Shown here piece after piece: positions 26,201 through 37,514 of a stretch of DNA of 64,000 bases. The notes beneath the pieces are model-generated. The model was not told the DNA's origin. It made no database searches and saw only the letters and a program-made list of their open reading frames with translations. A program made the translations under genes and the position numbers. The DNA is from Mobula hypostoma (lineage: Eukaryota): NCBI RefSeq assembly GCF_963921235.1, contig NC_086097.1, forward strand, positions 176,020,001 through 176,084,000, in the 5' to 3' direction. How positions within the stretch are numbered: position 1 is the stretch's first letter; each line of letters begins with the position of its first letter.

Positions 26201-27864
26201 ATTGAGGATTGATTATATTATAATTGATCCCTGCTTCTTGCCTAGTGTTAAAAATTGTGAATATCCCGCTATTGCTGTATCTGATCATGCGCCTCTGAGT
26301 TTGTCTTTTGAACTTGATTATGTCATTCTTGTCCGCCCACCTTGGCACATGTCTCAGACATTATTGCAAAACTCTGACTTTGTTAGTTTCATCAAAACCC
26401 AGATAAAAGAATTTTTCTTTTTAATGATGTGGGGGGTATGTCCAAATTAATTATACGAGCTACATTTAAAGCATTTTTACGTGGTCAGATCGTTTCTTAT
26501 TCAGCTAAACTTAAAAAACAGACTAAAGCAGAATTAGATAAGATTTCAAAACAAATTAAAGACTAAGATAATATTTATGCAATTTCCACTAATATTGATT
26601 TATTCAAATAAAGGCTGGAACTTAAATCACAATATAACCTATTACCAACTCATCCCATTGAAGGCTATTTGCTTAAGTTAAAGAGCCAATTTTATATGTT
26701 TGGAGATAAAAATAAGAAACTACTCGCATCTCAATTAAAAATGGCTAGAGCCAAAAGACAAATTTTGAAAATTCGTAGGAAAGAAGGTACCCTGGCTTGA
26801 GAATATGAAGAAATTAATAAGATTTTTCAAGATTTTTATACTGAACTTTAAAAATCTCAAAGTCCATTTTCCTTACATATTGAAGGCTGACCAGTTAAGA
26901 CACTATTATGTGCATGAACCCTTCGACTAAGTGTTCTAGTGGAAGAATGGGATAAGCGTCCTTTATTTAAGATTAAACAAGATTGGGAAAAGGAACTCAA
27001 TTTGACTTTTATGATGGAGGATTGGACGCGGATTCTGAAGCTGGTTAACTCTCCTTCGATCTGTGCTAGTCATTCACTGATTCAGTTTAAAATTGTACAT
27101 CGTTATCATTTGACGAAGGAGAGACTGTCTAAAATATTTCCTAATGTTGATAGTTATTGTGATAGATGTAAAACTGAGATGGCTACACTGACACATATGT
27201 TTTGGTCTTGGTCTATACAGGAACCGTTCTGGAAGTCAGTTTTTTCAACAATTTATAAAGCATTTAAAATTAATTTACAACCTAACAAATTAACTGTGCT
27301 TTTTGGAATAATTCCTCAAAATATCTGTGGTATCTCTGTCTGACCAAAATGTTATTGCATTTGATACATTGATAGCTAGGAGGGCCATTTTGTTGAAGTG
27401 GAAGGATACATCAGCTCCCACTTTATCACAATGGTTCTCTCAAGTGATGCTATGTCTTAGTTTGGAGAAAATTAGAAGTCGAACCTTTGAACCTTTATTT
27501 GATTTTGAAAAAAGACGGGTTCATTTGTTTGTTATTATTATTTGAGTTAATTGATAGATTTCCTCCACAATCTAATTGTAAATTTTGTTTTTTTTTCTTG
27601 CTGGCAGTTTGATGTTTATCTTTAGAAGCTTTTTGTATGATGCATGGCTCCGGGGTTGTACACCTAATGGGGTTTTTCCCCCACTTTTTCTATTCGTAGG
27701 GTTTTTTTATTATCACCAAAATTTTTCAATCTTTAAAAATGTTTTTTTTTTCTTGAGACATTGTAAGTGGTGCTTACTTCGATGTACTTGTGTTATTTTT
27801 GAATAATAATAAAGATTTGAAAACAAAGTGTTTCACTGTACAGATGATAATGAAAAACAAACTT

Positions 27865-29150
27865 CAAGTCTACTATAAGCCTACTGACTCTTACAACTAT
27901 CTGGACTATTCTTCTTCTCGCCTTGTCTCTTGCAAAAATGCCGTCCCTTCTTGCAATTCCTCCATCTCCACAGCATCTACTCTCAGGATGAGGCTTTTCA
28001 TTTCAGGATGAGGGAGATGTCCTCCTCTTTTAAAGAAAGGGGCTTCCCTTCCTCCACCATCAACTCTGCTCTCAAACGCATCTCCCCCATTTCATGCACA
28101 TCTGCTCTCACTCCATCCTCCCGTCACCCCACTATGAATAGGGTTCCCCTGGTCCTCACCTACCACCCCACCAGCCTCCGGGTCCAACATATTATTCTCC
28201 ATAACTTCCACTACCTCCAACGGGATCCCACCACTAAGCACATCTTTCCCACCCCCCCCCGCTCTGCTTTCCGCAGAGATCGCTCCCTACATGACTCCCT
28301 TGTCCATTCGTCCCCCCCATCCCTCCTCACTGATCTCCCTCCTGGCACTTATCCTTGTAAGTGGAACAAGTGCTGTACATGCCCTTACACTTCCTCTCTT
28401 ACCACCATTCAGCGCCCCAGACAGTCCTTCCAGGTGAGGCGGCACTTCACTTGTGAGTCGGCTGGGGTGATAAACTGCGTCCGGTGCTCCCGATGTGACC
28501 TTCTATACATTGGCGAGACCCGACACAGACTGGGAGATCGTTCCGCTGAACACTACGCTCTGTCCACCAGAAAAAGCAGGATCTCCCAGTGGCCACACAT
28601 TTTAATTCCACGTCCCAATCCCTTTCTGATATGTCTATCCACGGCCTCCTCTACTGTAAAGGTGAAGCCACACTCAGGTTGGAGGAATAACACCTTATTT
28701 TCCATCTGGGTAGCCTCCAACCTGATGGCATCAACATTGACTTCTCAAACTTCCGCTAATGCCCCACATCCTCCTCATACCCCATCCGTTATTTATATAC
28801 ACACACACACATTCTTTTTCTCTCTCTCCTTTTTCTCCCTCTGTCCCTCTCGCTATACCCCTTGCCCATCCTCTGGGCTTTTTCTCCCTCCCCCTTTTCT
28901 TTCTCCCCAAGCCTTCTGTCCCATGATCCTTTCATATCCCTTTTGCCAATCAACTGTCCAGCTCTTGGCTCCATCCCTCCTGTCTTCACCTATCATTTCG
29001 GATCTCCCCCTCCCCCTCCCCCTCTCAAATCTCTTATTAGCTCTTTTTTCAGTTAGTCCTGACGAAGGGTCTCGGCCCAAAACGTCGACTGTACCTCTTC
29101 CTAGAGATGCTGCCTGGCCTGCCGCATTCACCAGCAAATTTGATGTGTAT
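27865..29150 (+). mobile_element. Penelope-like element (Neptune-like), 5'-truncated
   Basis: VYYKPTDS..YLDY RT thumb; PCKWNKCCTCP linker; VINCVRCSRCDLLYIGET GIY-YIG; 3' pLTR. Confidence 0.92.
29055..29090 (+). ncRNA. Minimal type I hammerhead ribozyme motif in Penelope pLTR (G12 mutated)
   Basis: AGTC-CTGACGA-A-GGGT-CTCG-GCCC-AAAAC-GTC-GACT; palindromic ACGT in place of stem III. Confidence 0.75.
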
Positions 29151-29789
29151 TCCTTCAATTCCATTTTGTAGTTTAAAAAAACTATTCATTTCCAAGATGT
29201 ATGTGTTACTCCAAGGGATTTACTGCTGCTCTCCGGTCTGGATTTGTATCTGATCTGTTTCCGAGATCACAGTAAATGTCAGTAAAGAGTTCACCACAGC
29301 ATGTTAGATAGCATGGATAAAGGCCTTTAGGCCCAATTCGTCTATGCTGAACAAGGTCCCTTCCCGAGTAAGACCCAGTTCCCTGCATTTGGCCCAAGTC
29401 CCTGTCAACAAACTTATCCAAATGTCTTCTAAACATTAGCTGATCACCACCTCCGGCAGCTGGTGTTGTGAGACTGGAATCACATAGCTCAGGTAATCCA
29501 AGCTCATTTCTTTCAAGGACAACATTCACCTGGTTAAGCCCTTTGCGACTACATAGCAGCTACACTACATGAAAGTACTCTTCTTATTAATATTCTGCTT
29601 TTTCCTCCTGGACTGAATTGGAATTCTCAAACTTGCTTTAGTGGCATGTGAGCTCAACAATCTCCGGGTTATTGTCCGACCTCCAATTTACAACTAATCT
29701 GCCAATCCTGCTTCACACCCTCATGGCCAAGCAATGCATTTTACACCAAATTTAAAAAATCAGGTGCTCGAATGACTGGGTATTCAGTA

Positions 29790-30835
29790 CATGGTGTAAA
29801 GTTTATAGCTGGCAATGCATTTGCTGGACAAACCTTTCATGGTGAAAGTAATGATCCTTCAAGAATGACTAGATTCTGGAACGGTTCCAGATATCTGAAA
29901 AATTGCAAATGGCACTGTACACTTCAAGAAGAGAGGCAGAATGAAGGAATTTATAGACCAGTTAGTCTGACTTCAGTGTATGGGAAGATGCTGGAGTCAA
30001 TTCTTAAGGATGTGTTTTTGGTGTACTTCAAAGGCATATGATTACATAGGCTGAAGTCAGCATGGTTTTCTCAAGGGAAAATCTTACCTGAAACCTCTTG
30101 GAATTCTTTGAGGAAATAACAAGCAGGACAAAGGAATATCAGTTTATGTTGTTTACTTGGATTTTCAGAAGGCTTTTGACAAATTGCCACACGAGACTGC
30201 ATAACAAGCTACGAGCCTATGATATTACAGGAAAGATTCTAGCATGGATAAAGCAGTGGCTGATTGGAAGGAAGTAAAGAGTAGGAATAAAGAAAGCCTT
30301 TTCTGGTTGGCTGCCAGTGACTAGAGGTGTACCATAGGGGTCTATGTTGGGACAGATTCTTTTTACATTATGGCAATGACTTGGATGATGGAATTAATGG
30401 CTTTATTGTAAAGTTTGCAGATGATACAAAGACAGGTGGGAGGGAAGGTAGATTTGAGGAAGTAGAGGGGTAACAGAAGGACTTAGACAGATTAGGAGAA
30501 TGGGCAAAGAAATGTTAGATGGAATAGTGTCAGGAAGTGTATGGTCATGCACTTTGGTTGAAGAAATGAAAGGGTAGACCATTTTCAAAACTGACATTCG
30601 AAGGGACTTGGGAGTCCTTGGGCTGGATTCCCTAAATGTCAATTTGTCTTCCTCACTGCAGACTCAACCTACAAATATGATGTTAGCATTCATTTCAAGA
30701 GGACTAGAATACAAAAGCAAAAATGTAATGTTGAGGCTTTATAAAACACTGGTGAGGCCTCACTTGGAGTATTGTGAGCAGTTTTGGGCCCCTTGTCTAT
30801 GAAAGAATATGCTGACATCACAAAATGATCTGGGA
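29790..30835 (+). mobile_element. Degenerate CR1 RT fragment
   Basis: YRPVSLTSV, LDFQKAFDK, KFADDTK, LVRPHLEYC motifs with many disablements. Confidence 0.85.
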
Positions 30836-33699
30836 TTGAATGCATACATTTTTGTGTGCATTTGGACCGTACCTTTCTATGCTTTGCCCGTTTAAGCATC
30901 AGTCTCAATGCTACTTAAATGTGGGAGTTATATTGGATTCCAGCACCATATCAGAGGCTACTCTAATCGGCAACTACTCTTCAACATTCTTCAATGTTCT
31001 GTTATGTGAATATACAGGATAATTAACCTGCACTACAGAGTACCGAGTTCCCAATTCAGAGGTGGAATAAAATTTCACACATTAAAATCATCCCAGCCCA
31101 TCCCAATATCCCCTCCTCTTTCTTGTACCTGCTATGTGCAGATAGAGGCAGAAGCCTGAAATGAGATACAAATTTTGCTTTTGTGAGAGTGCTCCAAGTG
31201 AACAAATCTACAGTCATCAACTCCTTCTAAATTAAAAGAACATACACCTGATCACAGCTAAATTTCTTTATTTTAGTGCTCACAATGAACAGTAGTGAAA
31301 AGTCTGACAATTACATTCCACTTTGATAAAAATTGTCTTTAGCTCCTTCAACACAAACATTAGCCATTCTCATAATACGAGTCATTTCTCCTTAACAAGA
31401 TTACTTTCCCCCCCACCCCCTCCGCAAAAGGATTTTCCTTATAGAAAAGAAAGCAGAGTTATTCACTAGCTTTGAGCTTTCATTTTTAACAATCAACATG
31501 TGGTCCAAACAGGAAAATGGGACTAGCTCAGGAAGACTAGTTTAATGGGAACACGAGGGAAAACTTCACTCAGATGGTTGAGAGTGTGGAACAAGCTGCC
31601 AGTGCAGGTGGTGCATTCAGGCTTGATTTCAACATTTAAGAGAAGTTTGGATAGGTACATAGATTGTAGGGCTTTGGAGGGCTATGATCCTATTGCAGGT
31701 CTATGCGAGTCGGCAGTTTAAACGGTTTGGCATGGACTAGACTGGCCAAGGGGCCTGTTTCTGTGCTTTTCTATGACTCTAAGGCATCTTGGCTAGCATG
31801 GATGAGTTGGGCGGAAGGACTTGCTTCCATGCTGTATGACACAATGATTCAGACTTGCTGACGCAATGGGAATTTTCCCTCCAACAGCCTCAATTGGGGT
31901 GCCTATGTACAGCATCTTGACATCTTTACTACAATCATTTAACACTGGGGGATACATTCTTAGTATTGAGCATGGGATTCAAATATGGCTGTAGCACAGC
32001 AGGTTACTAACCAGCCTGATCTAGTAACTTAGAGGGATGTTCAAATCCTGATATATCAGGTGTTGAATTCAAATTCAGTTTGTAACTTGGAATTTAAGAA
32101 AGAAATTAAAATTAAAGTCTTAGAGTCAAACAACATAGAAACAGGCCCTTCAGCCCAAACACTTCATATGGACCATGATGCCCATCTAGGCCAGTCTCAT
32201 TTATCCCATATTCCCTTTAGCCTTTCTTATTCAACATTGGCAATAATGAAAACAATGGAAAACCTCATGTGGTTCCCTGATACCCTGCAACATGGAAACG
32301 AGCTTTCATGCCATTCCACTAAGAAAACAGAAGGAGTAGACCACTCGGCCCTTTAAGCCTCTCCCACCATTCAATATGATGATATATCCACACTGGCTTC
32401 AGTTATTCTTGTACCATTTCCACATCACCTTCAATTCTTCGATTTTATTTTTGCAAATGTATTTGTCTCCACTAATTTTACTACAACCAGCAGGTTCTTG
32501 AACCGAACTGCACTATCCTAATCCTGTCTCAGGACTGTAACGGAGCACTACAGACCAGCTCTCACACTACCATAGACTTGTCTACAATTGCAAGCTTTTT
32601 TCTACTTTACGTTCTGTGTTGTACATTTTTTTTGCATTTTTCCCCTCCCTCTTCGCTGCCTTGTAAAAATTCTTTCGTTTATTTTCTGTGTTGTATGTAC
32701 CTATGCGTCTGTGACGTGGCTGCAAGTTTTTCCATGGTATCTTTACACCACCTTCCCGTGCACATGACGATATTGAGGGCAGAGAAGTCCAGAGATGTAC
32801 CACTCTCTGAGAAGAAGTTTCTGCACAGCCCAGTTTTAAATCACCGTCCCCTTAGTTTGTAGCTGTGTGTCCTTGCTTGTGACTCTCCCACTGGCGAAAA
32901 CAGTACACTTACTCATGACCTCAGGGGAGCGACCATGTTAGGGGTGGTTAACAAATGCCTAGATCCTAAAATCAATGAGGAAGGCAATACTCCCATTGCA
33001 TCGTCCACCCAGAACACTAATAGCTGACGATGGCAGTGAAGTTGCCGAATTACCTTGGTCCTCAGCTAAATATAGGCATGCTAATACTGTCCACCGCACT
33101 TCCCTCCACCACCCCGCCCGCTCACAGCTCTCCCATGTTGTCCAGCGCAATTCCTGCCCCCACTGCTTTGTTCTAAATTTATTTAGGCCTTGGGTTAACC
33201 GAATAAACACCCTAGGTCAGTGTGGCAATAACAGCAATTTGTATTTAAGTAGCACCTTTCAGGAAGGAAAGCATTACAAGGTGATCGTCAAATCAAATCT
33301 GTCACTGACCATCTATGAAATTGGTGACCAAAAATTAAACTAAAGGGTTAGGATGGAAAGTACATCCAAGTCAAGGTGGATAATTCCACAAGACATAGCA
33401 GCAGAATTAAGTTATTCAGTCCATCGAGATTCCTCCGCCAATCACAATTGATTCTATTTCACAGCCACATTCTCATGCTTTCTCCAAATCACCGATAACC
33501 CCTTTCCTACTCCAGAACCAGTATTTGTCCAAGTGATTGAGGCGTCATTCAGTTAAAGGCCGAGACAGTAAGGGAGGGATTAAATCACACATTTCTCCGA
33601 AAATAAAATAATTACTATAAGAAAAAGAGGGGTATTTGACGCATTGCTACAGTGTCGGATCATAGTAGGGTAATCGCAGCTATCCCTTTCCATTTCTCC

Positions 33700-33702
<3 letters not shown>

Positions 33703-33777
<75 letters not shown>
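33703..33777. repeat. (CA)n microsatellite, about 37 units
   Basis: Perfect dinucleotide run. Confidence 0.98.
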
Positions 33778-33778
<1 letters not shown>

Positions 33779-34109
33779 AGACAACTCCTGGGATTCTGTG
33801 GTCCGTTGTCTATCTAAAGTCACTAATTAACTCAGCAATACATCTTGATAAACCCTCAGCTAGGAAAGACAGGAAACTTTTTTTCTGCTCCAGGCCCAAA
33901 AGAATTATTTTTAAGTGTTGCAAAACAGCTTCATTTTCCATGAATTAGAACTAGATATTCTAATGTGTATTGCAACGTAAACAAATACATACGTGAACAC
34001 CATATATTGATATTCATTCCCCTCTTCATTGTTTTATTTAACATAAAATGGAATCCCGATTTAGAGACAGTAACAATTCCATATATCTAACATTGCCTTC
34101 ATACCAAAC

Positions 34110-34350
34110 AAGAGAAACAAAAAGGATTCTGCAGGTGCTGGAAATCTTGAGCAACACACACAAAATATTAGAGGAACTCAGCAGTTCAAGCAGTATCTAT
34201 GGAGGGGAATAAACAGTCGAAGTTTCGGACAGAGGCTCCTTCCCTTTTCAAACCCGATTAAGAGCTGCGGCCCGAAACATTATCTGTTATTCCCCTCCAT
34301 TGAAAATGCCTGATCTACTGTATTGAGTTCCTCCAGCATTTTGTGTGTAG
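34110..34350. mobile_element. Palindromic Penelope-derived mini-element (two inverted pLTR arms), degenerate
   Basis: gcaacacacacaaaatattagaggaactcagc...aacagtcgaagtttcgg, then cccgaaacatt...gagttcctccagcattttgtgtgtagc. Confidence 0.75.
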
Positions 34351-34563
34351 CAAACCTTTCAGTACGATAACGTGCCAGTTTCAGTGGATCTTTCCTATGA
34401 TATGGTCACTTCTACTTTTCGAACGCTAAAGTAGAAAGCTAAAGCTTTCGAAAAATAAGAGTAGCCGTGAGATATATTATAATCCACGACATTCAGTGTC
34501 TGTTCAACACGTCAAAAAGTTAGCCTCGTTACAATTCAACGCATATTTTACGAGAAGACCTAC

Positions 34564-34611
34564 CATCAAAATGAAGAAATAAAAGAATTGTCTCGGGTTA
34601 ATCCAAGCCAT
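34564..34611 (-). CDS. Desmoglein-like/desmosomal cadherin, coding exon 1 (signal peptide MAWINPRQFFYFFILM)
   Basis: ATG in good Kozak context (GGCA-ATG-G) with in-frame TGA 24 nt upstream; 48 nt hydrophobic leader; donor ATG|GTAGGT; phase 0 matches exon 2. The link across the 24.9 kb intron is inferred. Confidence 0.75.
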
Positions 34612-34900
34612 TGCCGGCAATATCGAACTCTCTCAGTCTTCCGCACTCCCGACCGTCCGACTGTTGACTAATAGACGTTCTGGACAAGAGAGCTGAAGAA
34701 ATACTTCAGAAAGCTTCTCGGTGCCCTGCCCTGCCTTGAAGCAAGCTGAGGTGAAGCGCCCTGGAAAAAAAAACACAAAGCAAGCCAGTGAAAAAGAGTT
34801 CTGTGGGTTCCCAGTCCCGGAGCCAATCACCCCACCCTTGGAAACGGAGAGCATAGCAACAAAACCCGGGGCTATCTACAAATATTGAACGTCAACCACA
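34612..34900 (-). promoter_or_regulatory. Putative 5' UTR/proximal promoter of the cadherin gene
   Basis: Non-repetitive and relatively CpG-rich; CCAAT at 34823-34827 adjacent to CACCCCACCC (KLF/SP-type box) at 34828-34837. Confidence 0.45.
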
Positions 34901-35136
34901 GAATGATAGAAACTGTCCTATGACGGTCTCTGTGTGTTTTGGTTAATTAATTTCAGTCACAAAGATCCACCCCCAGGTTGGTGATCCCAAGAAAGCCCAA
35001 GTGATCAAATCAGGCAAGCTGGAGAATCTACTGATGACTGACCACCCATTCACACGAATCCCATTCTCTCTACACTTGCAACAACTGCGCTCACCATCAG
35101 CACGCAAGGGGCAAGTTACAGCTGGTAATTAACCTG

Positions 35137-35268
35137 GACGGATGAAGGGTCTCCGCCCAAAACATCGACTGTTTTCTCTTTTCCATTGGTGCCGTCTGAC
35201 CTGCTGAGTTCATTCAGCAGTTTGTTTGTACTGCTTGGATTTCCAGCATCTGCCGATTTTCTGGTCTT
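35137..35268 (+). mobile_element. Solo Penelope pLTR inserted in a SINE-like repeat
   Basis: gatgaagggtctccgcccaaaacatcgact...; 14-bp TSD TGGTAATTAACCTG/TGGCAATTAACCTG. Confidence 0.8.
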
Positions 35269-36533
35269 TGGCAATTAACCTGCCAATTTGCAAGTGTTTG
35301 GGATATGGGTGGTAATGAGAGCTTCCAGGGGAAACTCATGTGTCACAGGGTGGGCATGCTAAATTTTAGCAGGAAATGCCCAAGTTGAGGATTGAACCCC
35401 AGTTTCTAGTGCTCCCAGACTGTGCCACCTTGTATTAAAATGTGACTTACTCACCTACTTCCCCATCCTCCCTTCCCTCTAGCTTTCCTAGCCTCTTTCT
35501 TCCCTTCCCCTCACTTCCTCCCTCTCATCACCCCCTCTCCTCATTCCTCACCCCATCCCTCCCCCCTCCTTCATTTGGAGGTTGGGGTAGGAGAGGATGT
35601 GGGCCATTTGACATGAAGTGTTATAAGTCAAGTTGGGCTGAAGAGTCTGCTTTCCTGCAGTACCACCCTATGACAATAGGGACCAGTCCTTTGTGCTAAT
35701 ATCACTACAGTTAGAATCATTGTTGCTTCCTGATACGTTCACCTCCACTCCACCCAAGCCCCACCAAAAGATTAATGAGTGTTATCCCTTCAAGTAATTA
35801 GGTCAACCTAGGTATAAATCCAACTATTTCAGCTCTTCATTACATTAGTCACAATTTAGGGGAGGAGAGGTGTGTTGATTTTTGCTTAACATAATCACTT
35901 CTTTACGTTCAGGGAGAAGAAAAGCAGGAAAGTAAATTCAAATATAATGTTTACCCCAGCCCTGGAAGAAGAATGTGATTAAACTGAGGTGTGGTCCTTT
36001 TAGTGGCAATCTTAAACTGAAGTCTTTCTTTTGAACATAATCCCTTCCAATAACAAAGCATGTGAAGTGAAAATTTAATTTCATTGCTGAAGGTTTTGCA
36101 ACACTTCAATAAGGAAAAATTTGAATCTCGTTGTGGCTTGCCTTCAGCTTAACACTGACTTGCTTTTCAGGTTGTTTGTTGGAGGTGCCTCCTTCAAAAC
36201 ACCTTTGCTTCTACTGTGGGAAGAGGTGAGTTAGCTGGAATTGAATGTTTTCAGATCTTTGAAGTACAAACATAATGTGATTTTATTTTTAATAATAATA
36301 ATAAAGTACTTTATTGATCCCAAGTGGGGAATTCTTTCATTACAGCAGCAACATTACAGCAACATTTCCAAACACACATAGCAGTGTGCAGATTTGACTA
36401 ATAAAGTACAGAATAATATATAATTTACCAATGTGAAATAATTTGTTATAATTTATATCTCCTCAAGAATAACTTTGAGATTTAGAATATTTTCTCCATT
36501 ACACACCTGGCTGAGCAACCACACACTCACAGG

Positions 36534-36564
<31 letters not shown>

Positions 36565-37514
36565 ATGGGTGACTCATCGTCATTATGACTAAAGATCTCA
36601 TGTTTTTCTAAATGGGGATTTTGGAAAAGCAATACCTTTTTAGAAAATTTCCTGACTAGAGGTCCACCCCCCGGTCATGCTAAAGATCTTCCTGAAACTT
36701 TGACCTTCCTGCAACGTAGGGAATGGAGGAGCAGACTTTAATAGGACATAAAACACAGCACAGTGCAGAACAGGAACAGGCCCATCAGACTGCAATAGTC
36801 AGTCCCCATATACCAAATTAAACTAATCCCATGTTGCAAAGGGTGGTGTGCATTTGGAATGAGCTGCAGGAAATAATGGCTGATGTGGGCACGTTAACAT
36901 TTAAAAGACCTTTAGATTAATACATGAATAGGAAAGGTTTAAAGGCCTATGGGCAAATGGGTTTAGCTCGGTGGAGAACTCACTTTCCATAGACCAATTG
37001 CGCCTGTTGTCATGCTTAAGGCCCTACGACTTTATGATCCATTCCCTGTATATTTATGTGTCTATCTAAAACCCTGTCAAATGCTTCTATCACATCTGCT
37101 CCCACCACCACCCCGGCAGCCGTTTCTTGGCACCCACCACTCTCTGTGTAAAGAAGCTTGTCTGCATATCATTTTTAAACTTACCCCTTCTCGCCTTAAA
37201 ACTATGCCCTCTTGTATTCACCATTTCTGACCTGGATAAAAGATTCTGACTGTCTACCCTGTCTAAGGCTCTCATAATATTATGAACTTCTATTAGGTCT
37301 ACCTGCAGCCTCTGCCAATCCAGAGAAAACAATAGAATGCTCAAGAATATTAAGAGCAACAGTGGCAATGGAGAATTTCCCTCCATACATGCTGCCTGAC
37401 TTGCTGAGTTCCTATCCCTTGATGCTGCTGGTATCCAGAAATATATTACTCTTTGCTTTATGTATAGTAGTCTCCCACAACAACCACTTGATAATGGCTG
37501 GATAATTGGTAAGT

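Larger units (their letters stand above)
14850..27825 (+). mobile_element. Host L1-clade LINE (ORF1 about 15000-15730; ORF2 pieces 19340-19895 and 26207-27545), split by two nested L1 copies
   Basis: ORF1 NIRIVGL / IERAHR / PR.VLVCFH motifs; endonuclease QETH, GGDFN, then (S)RIDY, SDH resuming after the insertion; C-terminal CDRC...HMFW zinc knuckle; most of RT deleted near 26860. Confidence 0.85.

Noticed and set aside
27930..29171. 413-aa ORF as a host gene
   Set aside because: Penelope RT/GIY-YIG frame that shifts and reads through the non-coding pLTR.
36570..36576. AP-1 site TGACTCA about 2 kb upstream of the ATG
   Set aside because: A single 7-mer is expected by chance and cannot be supported without conservation or chromatin data.
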